Assembly: GCA_964428845.1 (NCBI GenBank)
Contig: CAYRZH010000001.1
Location: 204,445 to 268,444, forward strand
Source: an uncultured Candidatus Saccharibacteria bacterium
GTDB taxonomy: Bacteria > Patescibacteriota > Minisyncoccia > Phycocordibacterales > DATGWK01
DNA: 64,000 nucleotides
Direction: 5' to 3'
Shown here: in pieces, positions 1-8,226 of the stretch
Position numbering within the stretch: the first letter of the stretch is position 1
Layout of the letters: each line of letters starts with the position of its first letter
Notes under the pieces: generated by a model
The model's input: the letters and a program-made list of their open reading frames with translations, nothing else
What the model was told of the DNA's origin: nothing
The model's database searches: none
Translations under genes and position numbers: made by a program

Positions 1-523
1 GTCGGGGACATTCTCTCACAGATCAGTCCCTCGACTTCAGCATCAATAAAATCGTTCATCTTAAGTCCGAACTTTGCCAGAATATCAGCGTACACGCCGT
101 GCATGAAAGTGTCCGTACCGAAGCCAAGATGGGCCAGCAGATCGCGCTCAACTTTGCGGAGCTCGTCGATACCGCCTGGGGCCTCGAACTCGAACATGGG
201 GAAGATGAGATCATGCCGACCAGGGATCGGGTTCGGTTCCTGCCGGAAGCTTGTCGAAACACAGAAGACGCCCGGCAGAGTCGGATCCCGAAGAAGTTCT
301 TCCTCCAGATCCATCTGGCCGGTTTGTGGAAGCGACCAGAGACGTCCCGCGTAGCTGAAGGTTCCGATCGTTCTCGGGTCCTCACACGCCGCGAGAATGC
401 TTAGTCGATTCCCGGTGTGGACCTCGACGAAATCACGACCGAGAAAAAACTGCCGGAGACGTTGGACCACAAGGTTGAATTCCCGAGGGTTAATCGGCGC
501 GATGACTGTCATACCAGCTCCTT
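1..523 (-). CDS. Class II aminoacyl-tRNA-synthetase-like catalytic core paralog (EpmA/GenX- or AsnA-like), 5' part only; the gene runs off the left edge. Lies in a G+C-rich region.
   Basis: Reverse-strand translation from the ATG at 523 gives MTVIAPINPREFNLVVQRLRQFFLGRDFVEVHT ... SFRQEPNPIPGRHDLIFPMFEFEAP. This matches class II motif 1/2 architecture (compare EpmA RRFFADRGVLEVETP ... CRSFRNEE.GRYHNPEFTMLEWY). There is no anticodon-binding domain before the core. SD-like GGAGCTGG sits upstream of the ATG. Confidence 0.5.
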
Positions 524-645
524 CTTGTTTGGGGTTTCTGGTTATTCAGTTTTGAGGCACTTTCCTAATGCACGACGAGTGCAACAGTTCTAAAACTTAA
601 GTGTAGCATATGGCTTAGCTGGTACAAGGTGTGGTTTGTTTTGGT

Positions 646-662
646 GCGCGATGAGGGACTCG
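646..662. repeat. Partial copy of the tRNA-Val 3' end (GCGCGATGAGGGACTCG), att-like
   Basis: 16/17 nt identical to the 1747-1763 segment inside tRNA-Val and to the copy at 1596-1612. Confidence 0.5.
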
Positions 663-705
663 GTCATGACTAACTTTATAGCTCAATGTGGGTATTGTTT
701 TTACA

Positions 706-734
706 TTGACAACTTACCTTAAATCTGATACAAT
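706..734 (+). promoter_or_regulatory. Sigma70-type promoter TTGACA-17-TACAAT driving P1, followed by a ~160-nt leader with a 12-bp stem (gtcgccatagcc...ggctgtggcgac)
   Basis: Exact consensus hexamers with 17-nt spacer were read directly from the sequence. Confidence 0.45.
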
Positions 735-892
735 CAAAGGTGGAAAATATGCTCATTTAAAAGAACTACTTCGTTGTCGCCATAGCCTAGAGTGGCTTTA
801 CACAGGCCTTTCCCGGCTGTGGCGACAATGTGTTGCCCAGACTCTCATAATCCGCTGACCCAAATGGGAAAGCAAATCAAAGGAGAAATCCG

Positions 893-1495
893 ATGAATAC
901 GACGATGAGCACCAAGCAACTCCAGTCACTTCTGGACCTCGCTGAACAGAAGGGGCTCACTCCAGAGCGCATGACTGTGATTCTTGCCTCTGGAGTCCTC
1001 GCAGATGTCCTTGATGCCGGTGCGCTTCTTTCGAACCGTGGAGCGGTTCGTCGGGCCCTGGGTCTCGGACCGCTCGAGTTCCAGATCACCGTGGACTACA
1101 CCCTCGACCTCGCTGCGATGATCGCAGCCGGCAAGTACGACTACGTCAACCCCGACATCATGGCCGGCAGTTTCCCGATCAAGGGAGAAGGCAAGCGGGA
1201 ACTGACAGCCCAGCTCGTCCACTTCAACCGTGTCATCTCATCAGATGATGTGGAGAAGGAACTCTCCAAGAAAGGCCTGCGGCCCGCCACGATCGAGGAA
1301 CTCCTTGCCTTCGGGGCGACATTCCCTGAAGTGCAGCGCAGATTCCCGATCATCGCTCTTGGCTCTGTCGCCGAGGTCCGCGGCCGCCGGAGCGTTTCGG
1401 CTCTCGGCGGGGACAGGTCCGGGCGCAACCTCTACCTGTACTGGCGTGTCAGCGATTGGCTTGGGCTCTGCCGTTTCCTCGCCCTCCCCAAGTAG
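893..1495 (+). CDS. Uncharacterized protein, family member P1 (G+C-rich cassette gene)
   Basis: 200-aa ORF with SD AAAGGAG 8 nt upstream. Its core (YDYVNPDIMAGSF...LVHFNRVISSDDVEKEL) aligns with P2 and P3 (NPxIT.ENY ... F.VKVF.I...VSSDD.L). It is followed by a GC-clamp terminator. Confidence 0.5.
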   Translation: MNTTMSTKQLQSLLDLAEQKGLTPERMTVILASGVLADVLDAGALLSNRGAVRRALGLGPLEFQITVDYTLDLAAMIAAGKYDYVNPDIMAGSFPIKGEGKRELTAQLVHFNRVISSDDVEKELSKKGLRPATIEELLAFGATFPEVQRRFPIIALGSVAEVRGRRSVSALGGDRSGRNLYLYWRVSDWLGLCRFLALPK

Positions 1496-1514
1496 TTCTC
1501 TTCTCTGGTTCTCA

Positions 1515-1555
1515 CCCCGCGCGGGCTTAAATGTTCGCGCGGGTTTTCGTTTTAT
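1515..1555 (+). terminator. Rho-independent terminator (CCCGCGCG-loop-CGCGCGGG + T-tract)
   Basis: Perfect 8-bp GC stem followed by TTTTCGTTTT. Confidence 0.6.
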
Positions 1556-1595
1556 TAGCTACTCTCTCTTCACAGAGAAACGATACGTCTTTGTG

Positions 1596-1612
1596 CGCGC
1601 TGAGGGACTCGG
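1596..1612. repeat. Second partial copy of the tRNA-Val 3' end (GCGCGCTGAGGGACTCG), att-like
   Basis: 17/17 nt identical to the 1747-1763 segment of tRNA-Val. Confidence 0.55.
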
Positions 1613-1744
1613 TCACGCGTATTCGCCTGCTGGCGAATCGCGCGACCCCGGCTCGGCGCCGTCGCGCCTGCGCCCTTCTCGTCCCTCATCGCGTCCTAAT
1701 GATGCTTCGTTCGGAAGCCTCCCAGGCTCCCTCACGAATCATTA

Positions 1745-1817
1745 TGCGCGCTGAGGGACTCGAACCCCCGACCCACTGAGTGTAAATCAGTTGCTCTACC
1801 AACTGAGCTAAGCGCGC
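1745..1817 (-). tRNA. tRNA-Val (anticodon TAC)
   Basis: Reverse complement folds as a 73-nt cloverleaf. Acceptor GCGCGCT/AGCGCGC, D-loop AGTTGGTA, anticodon loop TTTACAC, T-loop TTCGAGT. CCA is not encoded. Confidence 0.85.
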
Positions 1818-1885
1818 GTATTTGTCTTGCGAAGTAACAATATTCTATAACCCCAACTTTTTCAACTCTGTGATAGTATCTCGGC

Positions 1886-2668
1886 ATGGATATTCCCATT
1901 CTCTTCGAGGACGAAAACTACATCATCATAAACAAACCAGCCGGTCTCGTGGTGCATCCAGACGGAAAAACCGACGAACCATCTCTTACCGATTGGCTTA
2001 TTAAAAATTACCCAAAAATGAAAGGGGTCGGTGAGCCACTCAAACTTTCAGGCGGCGAGACCATCGATCGTCCAGGAATAGTTCACCGGCTAGACAGAGA
2101 CACCTCTGGCGCTCTTGTGATAGCCAAAACCCAAAAAGCCTTCGAGGATCTCAAGGAAAAATTTCAAAACAGAGAAGTTTCTAAAAAATATCATGCGTTT
2201 GTCTATGGAGAGGTAAAGGAGAGCGAGGGCGTGATCGACCGACCTATCGGCAGGAGCAATAAAGATTTTCGAATGTGGTCAGCCCAGCGTGGTGCAAGGG
2301 GTGAGCTTCGCGAGGCGCTGACTCATTACCGTGTACTCGCGCGGGGGGTCACTGGACAGGTGGGCGAAGAGGGGAGCGCACCCGAGAAATTTACTTTCGT
2401 AGAGATCGAGCCAAAAACCGGCCGCACCCACCAGATACGCGTTCATTTTAAAGCTATAAACCACCCTGTGATTTGCGACCCACTCTACGCTCCAAAAAGG
2501 GAGTCCGCACTTGGTTTTAAAAGGCTCGCGCTGCATTCTCGGTCGATAGGTTTTGTTGGTATTTCAGGGAACGCGATCGAGGCTACCGCACCGTATCCGA
2601 AGGATTTTCAAGATTCTATAGAGGCTGCCGAAGAAGCCGCCGACCTTGAGCGAATTGCGAAAGAGTGA
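1886..2668 (+). CDS. RluA-family pseudouridine synthase
   Basis: HRLDRDTSGALVIAKT catalytic motif; 260 aa. Confidence 0.85.
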   Translation: MDIPILFEDENYIIINKPAGLVVHPDGKTDEPSLTDWLIKNYPKMKGVGEPLKLSGGETIDRPGIVHRLDRDTSGALVIAKTQKAFEDLKEKFQNREVSKKYHAFVYGEVKESEGVIDRPIGRSNKDFRMWSAQRGARGELREALTHYRVLARGVTGQVGEEGSAPEKFTFVEIEPKTGRTHQIRVHFKAINHPVICDPLYAPKRESALGFKRLALHSRSIGFVGISGNAIEATAPYPKDFQDSIEAAEEAADLERIAKE

Positions 2669-2693
2669 GGCCTGTGATACATTGGTGTCCATT

Positions 2694-3131
2694 ATGGAAA
2701 CGCACGGAATCACAATTTCACCGGTAAATATGGGAGAGCGAGCCAAGCTCGATATTCGTGCTGGTGACACTGTGAAAGTGTGGCAGAAGATTCAGGAAAA
2801 AGGCAAAACTCGTCTTCAGGGTTTTGAGGGTCTTGTTTTGGCCGTAAAACATGGCAAGGAAGCAGGGGGAACTTTTACTGTAAGAAAGGTGGCAAGTGGT
2901 GTCGGCGTTGAGAAAATTTTCCCAATCTATTCTCCAGTTATAGATAAAATTGAGATCACGAAGCGTTCAAAGGTTCGACGTGCCAAGCTCTATCATATTC
3001 GCGATAAGGCTGCTAAGGAGGTGAAGCGTCAGATGAGAAATATCAGGGTCAGCCGTGATGAGGAAGTAGCGGAGGCGCCAGCGACTCCAGCTGAAGCTCC
3101 GAAAGGGGAGGGGGAAAAGGTGGGGAAGTAA
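2694..3131 (+). CDS. rplS: 50S ribosomal protein L19 with a short acidic/Ala-Pro C-terminal tail
   Basis: METHGITISPVNMGERAKLDIRAGDTVKV ... FTVRKVASGVGVEKIFPIYSPVIDKIEI ... RRAKLYHIR matches the L19 consensus. Start chosen at the internal ATG that matches the family N-terminus. Confidence 0.85.
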   Translation: METHGITISPVNMGERAKLDIRAGDTVKVWQKIQEKGKTRLQGFEGLVLAVKHGKEAGGTFTVRKVASGVGVEKIFPIYSPVIDKIEITKRSKVRRAKLYHIRDKAAKEVKRQMRNIRVSRDEEVAEAPATPAEAPKGEGEKVGK

Positions 3132-3280
3132 GATCGATCACTGTAGTAGTGGAAGCGATTGTTCTTAGCCCCCAATAAAATGATGGTGGAAATAAAAGAG
3201 ATTTATTTACATTTTTTAAATATATATTGGTATACGCTATATGCTTGAGGGAATCCCCATTATTTGATACAATGCATTAA

Positions 3281-3964
3281 ATGGGGAATAGCGGGCCAAA
3301 ACCAAAAGGCAAAATAAAGATTAAATGGTCCTCAAATTTTGCCTATGCCATTGGGCTTATTGCCACAGACGGAAACCTTTCTCCAAGTGGTCGTCATATA
3401 GTCTTTACATCTAAGGACTTTGAACAAATAAATAATTTCAAGAAGATTCTACGTTTAACAAATAAAATAGGGAAAAAGGGAAATGGTAGTAGTAAGGAGA
3501 AAAAATATTATGTCTTGCAATTTGGAGACGTCCTATTTTATTCATTTCTCGGGAAAATAGGCATATCTCCTGCAAAATCCAAAACCATAGGCCCTATTCA
3601 AGTTCCAGATAAATTCTTTTTTGATTTTCTAAGGGGATGTTTTGATGGCGATGGGTGCAGTTATAGTTATTGGGATAAGCGTTGGAAATCCAGCTTTCTT
3701 TTCTATATTTCCCTAGCTTCCGCGAGCGAACCTTTTATTTCTTGGGTTAGAAAAAAAGTAAAGCAGTTTGTGGGCGTATCTGGCCACGTTAGCAAACTAA
3801 AAAATGCTTCAGGTTTTCAATTGAGATATGCAAAAAACGATGCAAAGAAGATTGTTTATGAAATGTACAGAAAACCTAATAGTGTTTTCTTGAAAAGGAA
3901 AAAGTTGAAAATCAACAGATCTTTGGCTATTATGAGCCAATTCCCCAAAAGACGACTAAAGTGA
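3281..3964 (+). CDS. LAGLIDADG homing endonuclease, free-standing, very AT-rich
   Basis: Two LAGLIDADG motifs: YAIGLIATDGNL and FLRGCFDGDGCS. Own promoter-like TTGAGG-17-TACAAT lies upstream. The gene ends 16 nt before tRNA-Leu. Confidence 0.8.
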   Translation: MGNSGPKPKGKIKIKWSSNFAYAIGLIATDGNLSPSGRHIVFTSKDFEQINNFKKILRLTNKIGKKGNGSSKEKKYYVLQFGDVLFYSFLGKIGISPAKSKTIGPIQVPDKFFFDFLRGCFDGDGCSYSYWDKRWKSSFLFYISLASASEPFISWVRKKVKQFVGVSGHVSKLKNASGFQLRYAKNDAKKIVYEMYRKPNSVFLKRKKLKINRSLAIMSQFPKRRLK

Positions 3965-3979
3965 TTTGGTAGGATAAAT

Positions 3980-4061
3980 GCGCGGGTGTTGTAATTAGTA
4001 GCCAAGCACGCTTGAGGTGCGTGTGCCGTAAGGCGTGGAGGTGCAAGTCCTCTCCCGCGCA
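3980..4061 (+). tRNA. tRNA-Leu (anticodon GAG), type II with long variable arm
   Basis: Acceptor GCGCGGG/CCCGCGC, 3-bp D-stem with 11-nt loop as in E. coli tRNA-Leu, anticodon arm CACGC-TTGAGGT-GCGTG, 13-nt variable arm, T-arm GGAGG-TGCAAGT-CCTCT. Confidence 0.8.
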
Positions 4062-4079
4062 CAGTTCTTGTTTTTATAT

Positions 4080-4154
4080 GGTGCCTATGGTGTAACGGTT
4101 AACACTGGAGCTTGTGGAGCTCTCGATACCGGTTCGATTCCGGTTAGGCACCCA
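4080..4154 (+). tRNA. tRNA-His (anticodon GTG) with G-1
   Basis: G-1 + GTGCCTA acceptor pairing with TAGGCAC, anticodon loop TTGTGGA, T-arm ACCGG-TTCGATT-CCGGT, discriminator C. Confidence 0.8.
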
Positions 4155-4288
4155 CGGTTTGACAGAATGCTTAAAAAGTTATATCGTCTAAGACAGAAAG
4201 GTCCTCTTACTATTTCGGTGTCGTGATAAAAGCATGTCGACACATGCACGACTACGCTCCACACTTGGAGTGTTGAGGGGATTGAAAA

Positions 4289-4676
4289 ATGAAGATCCGC
4301 GTCAATTTCCAGGTTAGATGCAAGAATATGAGATGCATTCCGGGCTATAAGGCCAAAGAGACTGAGGGGGAAGATGTTTGGTGGGGGAAGTGACTTCTCG
4401 GGTATCATCAATTCTCCCGCAATACCGCGTGTGGGGGAGATTATTTTTATCACTGACAAGACCACCTTATGGCCTGGAATCGTTGTTGTTGAAAATGTGC
4501 ATTATTTTCTGGAGGGAGGAATTCTTAAGCCTGAGCTTGAATGCAACGACAGTGTCATCGATCTCAGTCGATATGCCAATATTCCCTGGATGTCATCATG
4601 GTCCGGTGTGGAAAAGTGGTTCCGTGATATCGAAAGGGTACTGGGCGAAGTGGGGTTCAGAGAGGAAGAGGAATAG
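4289..4676 (+). CDS. Hypothetical protein, possibly frameshifted: ORF 4289-4393 continues in +1 frame as 4374-4676; acidic C-terminus
   Basis: Two overlapping ORFs would read as one ~130-aa protein if a +1 shift occurs near 4375. No recognisable motif. Confidence 0.2.
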
Positions 4677-4751
4677 TCATTAGAGAAAACTGTCCTTGTA
4701 TCTGATTCGGCAAGTGCCCAACCAGGTCCATTCAATTGAAAGGAGTAAGCC

Positions 4752-5399
4752 GTGGGTATCGGGACAAATATTTTCGGCTCTTTTCTCACATTGAATTTGG
4801 CAAATCGTCGCCGGCGGGGAATGGCTATGTTCGGACACAAAAAGCCTGATTCAGCCGCACGTATTTTGGGTAGGGGAACGACCGACCGCTTCAAACTCAT
4901 CGACGAGTTCGAGGTCGTCGTGCCGATGGATTATGTTCACGCCACCTGTCTCTCTGATCTTGCGAGGGATTTCGGACACATGATCTCCCCTTTTTACCCT
5001 GTATTGACTGACGACAACTACAGAAACGTGACGACCCGCATGGAGCCAGGGGAAAGATTTGTGGCAAAGATTTTTCACATTGTTGGGCTGGAAACTTCTT
5101 TTGCCTGTCTGGGTTTGCTTGATCGGGAGAGAGCCATTCTGGCCGGGGCCCAGGGGCTGGCTCTCGTTTTTCGGGTGGCGAAGGACAGACTACCTCCCGA
5201 TCTCTGGACAGTTTCTTTCGACAGACCAGACGCATTGTTCTTCGATAGCCACAACGGCTGTCACCGGGTGCCGACCATTGGGCCATCCAGACAAAATCCC
5301 GGCAAGGGAGAGTTCCACTCCGGCTTCTTTGAACCCTTCGAGGGGGATAAGGGTTGGGATGCTCGCTTCTGTCTTCTCTGTCTTGTTCGTCAAGGGTAG
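4752..5399 (+). CDS. Uncharacterized protein, family member P2 (G+C-rich cassette gene)
   Basis: GTG start 6 nt after AAAGGAG. Core FEVVVPMDYVHAT...YPVLTDDNYRNVTTRMEPGERFVAKIFHIVGLETS...AILAGAQGLAL...LWTVSFDRPDAL ... FCLLCL aligns with P3. Confidence 0.5.
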   Translation: MGIGTNIFGSFLTLNLANRRRRGMAMFGHKKPDSAARILGRGTTDRFKLIDEFEVVVPMDYVHATCLSDLARDFGHMISPFYPVLTDDNYRNVTTRMEPGERFVAKIFHIVGLETSFACLGLLDRERAILAGAQGLALVFRVAKDRLPPDLWTVSFDRPDALFFDSHNGCHRVPTIGPSRQNPGKGEFHSGFFEPFEGDKGWDARFCLLCLVRQG

Positions 5400-5417
5400 A
5401 TTTTCTAAGTGTTCCCG

Positions 5418-5452
5418 GCGGCCCCGCGCTCGCGCTCGGGGTCTTTCTTTTA
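5418..5452 (+). terminator. Rho-independent terminator (CCCCGCGC-TCGC-GCTCGGGG + TCTTTCTTTT)
   Basis: GC-clamp hairpin plus T-tract. Shares the GCGCTCGGGG half with the terminator at 19231. Confidence 0.6.
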
Positions 5453-5579
5453 TAAATAATGATTTTAAGGATGGGTAAAACACAAGTATGTAGATGTTGG
5501 TGCGTTTGTCTGTTTAAACTTGGTTTCAACTTCCTGATACTGCGGCACCCACAATTTTTCTTCTGATATACTTTTCCTA

Positions 5580-6209
5580 ATGGTTGAAAGCGCTGAATTT
5601 GGTGTAAAAAAAGATCAACTCCCAGACGACAAATTAAACAGTATTATAGAAAAATACTGCGCCTCCTTGGTGGTTCCAAAAGATAAACCAAAGAAACAAT
5701 TTTTTCTTTGCCCAGTCGGCCTTATTGGGTCTGGCAAGACAACGGTTTTAAAGCCTTTGGCCGAAAAATTGAATCTTGTGCGTATATCTGGAGATGAAAT
5801 TAGGAAGATACTTTATGACCTGGGTTTTGATTATGATCGAACGTGGGAGATAGGGAGTATGGTTGTTGAAAGATATGCCAGAGAAGGATACAGCATTGCT
5901 CACGATACTGATTGTGCTACTCCAAAAACTATTGAGGCGATAAATAAACTCTCTAAGGAATTGGGTGCCCAGGTAGTATGGGTGCACGTCAACCCTCCAG
6001 AAGAATTTATTTTAAATAAGTTAAGGAAATATAAACACACATGGCTATATCGTGACGGTGAACATGCCATATCCAATTATTTAAGCCGAAAAAAAGTGCA
6101 CGAAAATTTACCAATGAATTTTCTTTATTCGTTTGATACATCTAAACCCAATCTCGACGAACAAATAGAACAAGCTTCGGAAGTCATTTTAAACAAGACC
6201 CAATTTTAA
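5580..6209 (+). CDS. P-loop NTPase / small kinase-like protein (Walker A GLIGSGKTT), AT-rich
   Basis: Walker A motif and ~210-aa size typical of AAA_33/zeta-toxin-like or nucleoside-kinase-like proteins. Family not assignable by eye. Confidence 0.55.
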   Translation: MVESAEFGVKKDQLPDDKLNSIIEKYCASLVVPKDKPKKQFFLCPVGLIGSGKTTVLKPLAEKLNLVRISGDEIRKILYDLGFDYDRTWEIGSMVVERYAREGYSIAHDTDCATPKTIEAINKLSKELGAQVVWVHVNPPEEFILNKLRKYKHTWLYRDGEHAISNYLSRKKVHENLPMNFLYSFDTSKPNLDEQIEQASEVILNKTQF

Positions 6210-6365
6210 TGTCTTTAGCCAGCCATAACTCCTCTTTTTATAAAATCAATAGATTCTCTCATAAGAATCTATTGATCATATTCGAGGGATGTGTATGATG
6301 AGAACAGAATTAATTTATGGGCAAATAAGGTTTTAACCCCGACTGAAATCAACAGGAGCATAGAG

Positions 6366-6581
6366 ATGAAAGCCGCAAGCTTGTCCCACCGTCAATGGTT
6401 TACTCGAGAGGGGCCTGATCGTCGCGTTTACGAGAGACTCCCTGGCCTTCCGGAGATTGTAGAGGGGGTCATGGCGATTCCAGTCCGACCGATTACGCCT
6501 ACTGTAAGACAACCAGGCTACTACATTCCAGCGGATGAATCGGTCGAAGTATGTCCTTCGAGATGTGTTCGGGTCGCATAA
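6366..6581 (+). CDS. Small hypothetical protein (72 aa) in a moderately G+C-rich patch
   Basis: CAGGAG SD 8 nt upstream of ATG. No recognisable motif. The opposite-strand ORF 6333-6611 is an alternative. Confidence 0.2.
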   Translation: MKAASLSHRQWFTREGPDRRVYERLPGLPEIVEGVMAIPVRPITPTVRQPGYYIPADESVEVCPSRCVRVA

Positions 6582-6633
6582 GGGCGTCATCGCAGGGGGG
6601 CAGAATGCCACCCTTTTTTCTTAGCCAAAATAG

Positions 6634-6765
6634 TATTTATGGACACGACGGGAGTTGAACCCGCAGTATTTAGTTGGTAAAACAAAATACCTAAACCGTT
6701 AGCGTGCCCATGACGCGATATACCACTCCGCGCCTAGGCAGACTCTAACAAAGACACATTCAAAT
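6634..6765. repeat. 132-bp direct repeat, copy 1 (tRNA/tmRNA-3'-end-like: reverse strand reads GCGGGTTCAACTCCCGTCGTGTCCA)
   Basis: 130/132 identical to 8095-8226. Contains a T-arm-like GGGTTCAACTCCC and a D-arm-like GAGTGGTATAT. Confidence 0.7.
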
Positions 6766-6901
6766 ATTTATTAAGTATACCCACCCCTCATCCCACCGCC
6801 AATCTTTCTGGATTTTTGTGACAGTTTGGTTCTTGTAGTTAGTGTTCGGTAAACAGTTAATGCAGCTTGTACCCCCCATTTTCCTAGGGTATAATTTCCT
6901 T

Positions 6902-7312
6902 ATGAAAAAAATAATCATAATTATTATTGCAATCGTCGTTGTTGTTGGTGGGGTTTGGTTTTATAAAAATAATGTGACAAGAACAAATATGAGCCCAAAA
7001 GAAACATACAAAGTAATTAACGACGAGTTGGCAAGGACGAAGAGTTTTGATGAATATGTTGCCGTCATGCTAAAGTATACCTCCTCAAAAAGCGATAACT
7101 CTGAGTTCAAAGATATGGTTGCAAACATGGACGATACGGAGAAAGAGAATTTTTTTAAATACTTACAAGAAAACAACATTATCCCCACTGACGCTCAATT
7201 ATCAGAGAAACTGACTGATAGCGAGCATGCAACTGTGAGCTGGAATGATTCCGATAACAAGACCAAAAGTATTGATATGGAAATAGACGGCGGTTCTTGG
7301 AAGATTAAGTAA
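6902..7312 (+). CDS. Membrane-anchored hypothetical protein (single N-terminal TM helix, Lys/Asp-rich ectodomain)
   Basis: MKKIIIIIIAIVVVVGGVWFY N-terminus; AT-rich; lies between the 132-bp repeats. Confidence 0.45.
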   Translation: MKKIIIIIIAIVVVVGGVWFYKNNVTRTNMSPKETYKVINDELARTKSFDEYVAVMLKYTSSKSDNSEFKDMVANMDDTEKENFFKYLQENNIIPTDAQLSEKLTDSEHATVSWNDSDNKTKSIDMEIDGGSWKIK

Positions 7313-7583
7313 CTCTAAATACTCCCTTTTTGGGGTCCGGGTAGGGTTAAAAAAGAACCGAATTAAGCTAAAACTGCTATACTTTGCATGTCAGAAGTGT
7401 AGATCGTCGCATCGTTCCTTTTCTTAAATATAGTTCTGATTTCCTCTACGACGGCACCCAAATGATTTTGAATAAACACATATCAACTTGGTCTAGTTTT
7501 GCGTAACTCCTTTTCCAGTTTTGTTTTTGCTTTAAAAAATCTCTAAATCTAAAAAGAATACACCACAAAGAAAGGAGATCGAC

Positions 7584-7973
7584 ATGGATCTTTCGGTGGT
7601 CATGGCTCGCCGAATTGTTACGACAGCTCTTGGTTATGTCGGCACACCTTATAGTTGGGAGGAGTTTAATTGTGTTCACTTTATAAGAAAGGTATATCAG
7701 GATGTTGGAATTGTTTTTCCTCGGCTTGTTAAAGAGATGGATCCTCCTGCAGATTTCCATCTTTCAGAGGAAGAGTTCGAAGAAATGCCGCTTGGTCGGT
7801 CTGTGTTTTTTAAAAGAAAAACTAGCAATCTACCCAGGAGTTGGACTCACATTGCTATTATTGTTTCTCCAAATGAATTAGTTCATTGTGCTCGCCGTCT
7901 GGGGTTTGTAGTTGTGACGCCGAAGTTAGAATTCCTCGAGACATACGCACTCACCCCAAAACCACTCTCATGA
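7584..7973 (+). CDS. NlpC/P60 (C40) family cell-wall peptidase
   Basis: GTPYSWEEFNCVHFIRKVY (Cys of the catalytic dyad) and a downstream His (THIAIIVSPNELVHCARR). Confidence 0.6.
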   Translation: MDLSVVMARRIVTTALGYVGTPYSWEEFNCVHFIRKVYQDVGIVFPRLVKEMDPPADFHLSEEEFEEMPLGRSVFFKRKTSNLPRSWTHIAIIVSPNELVHCARRLGFVVVTPKLEFLETYALTPKPLS

Positions 7974-8094
7974 GGGTGGTTTTTTATAATGTGATAGAAT
8001 TTTTTGCTGGGGCTAGAGCAACAAGATGTGGATTTTTACGCAGAATTGGAGGTTTATTATTCTCGGGTATAGCGACTTTCCTTCTCGTATAGAA

Positions 8095-8226
8095 TATTTA
8101 TGAACACGACGGGAGTTGAACCCGCAGTATTTAGTTGGTAAAACAAAATACCTAAACCGTTAGCGTGCCCATGACGCGATATACCACTCCGCGTCTAGGC
8201 AGACTCTAACAAAGACACATTCAAAT
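8095..8226. repeat. 132-bp direct repeat, copy 2
   Basis: 130/132 identical to 6634-6765. Followed by a bidirectional terminator CCGCCTCGAAAGGCGG at ~8248-8270. Confidence 0.7.

Noticed and set aside
4897-5529. 210-aa minus-strand ORF overlapping P2, and 174-aa ORF 1230-1754 overlapping P1's 3' end, terminator and tRNA fragment
   Set aside because: They are Arg/Pro/Ser-rich low-complexity translations of G+C-rich antisense or intergenic DNA. The + strand ORFs carry SDs and family conservation.
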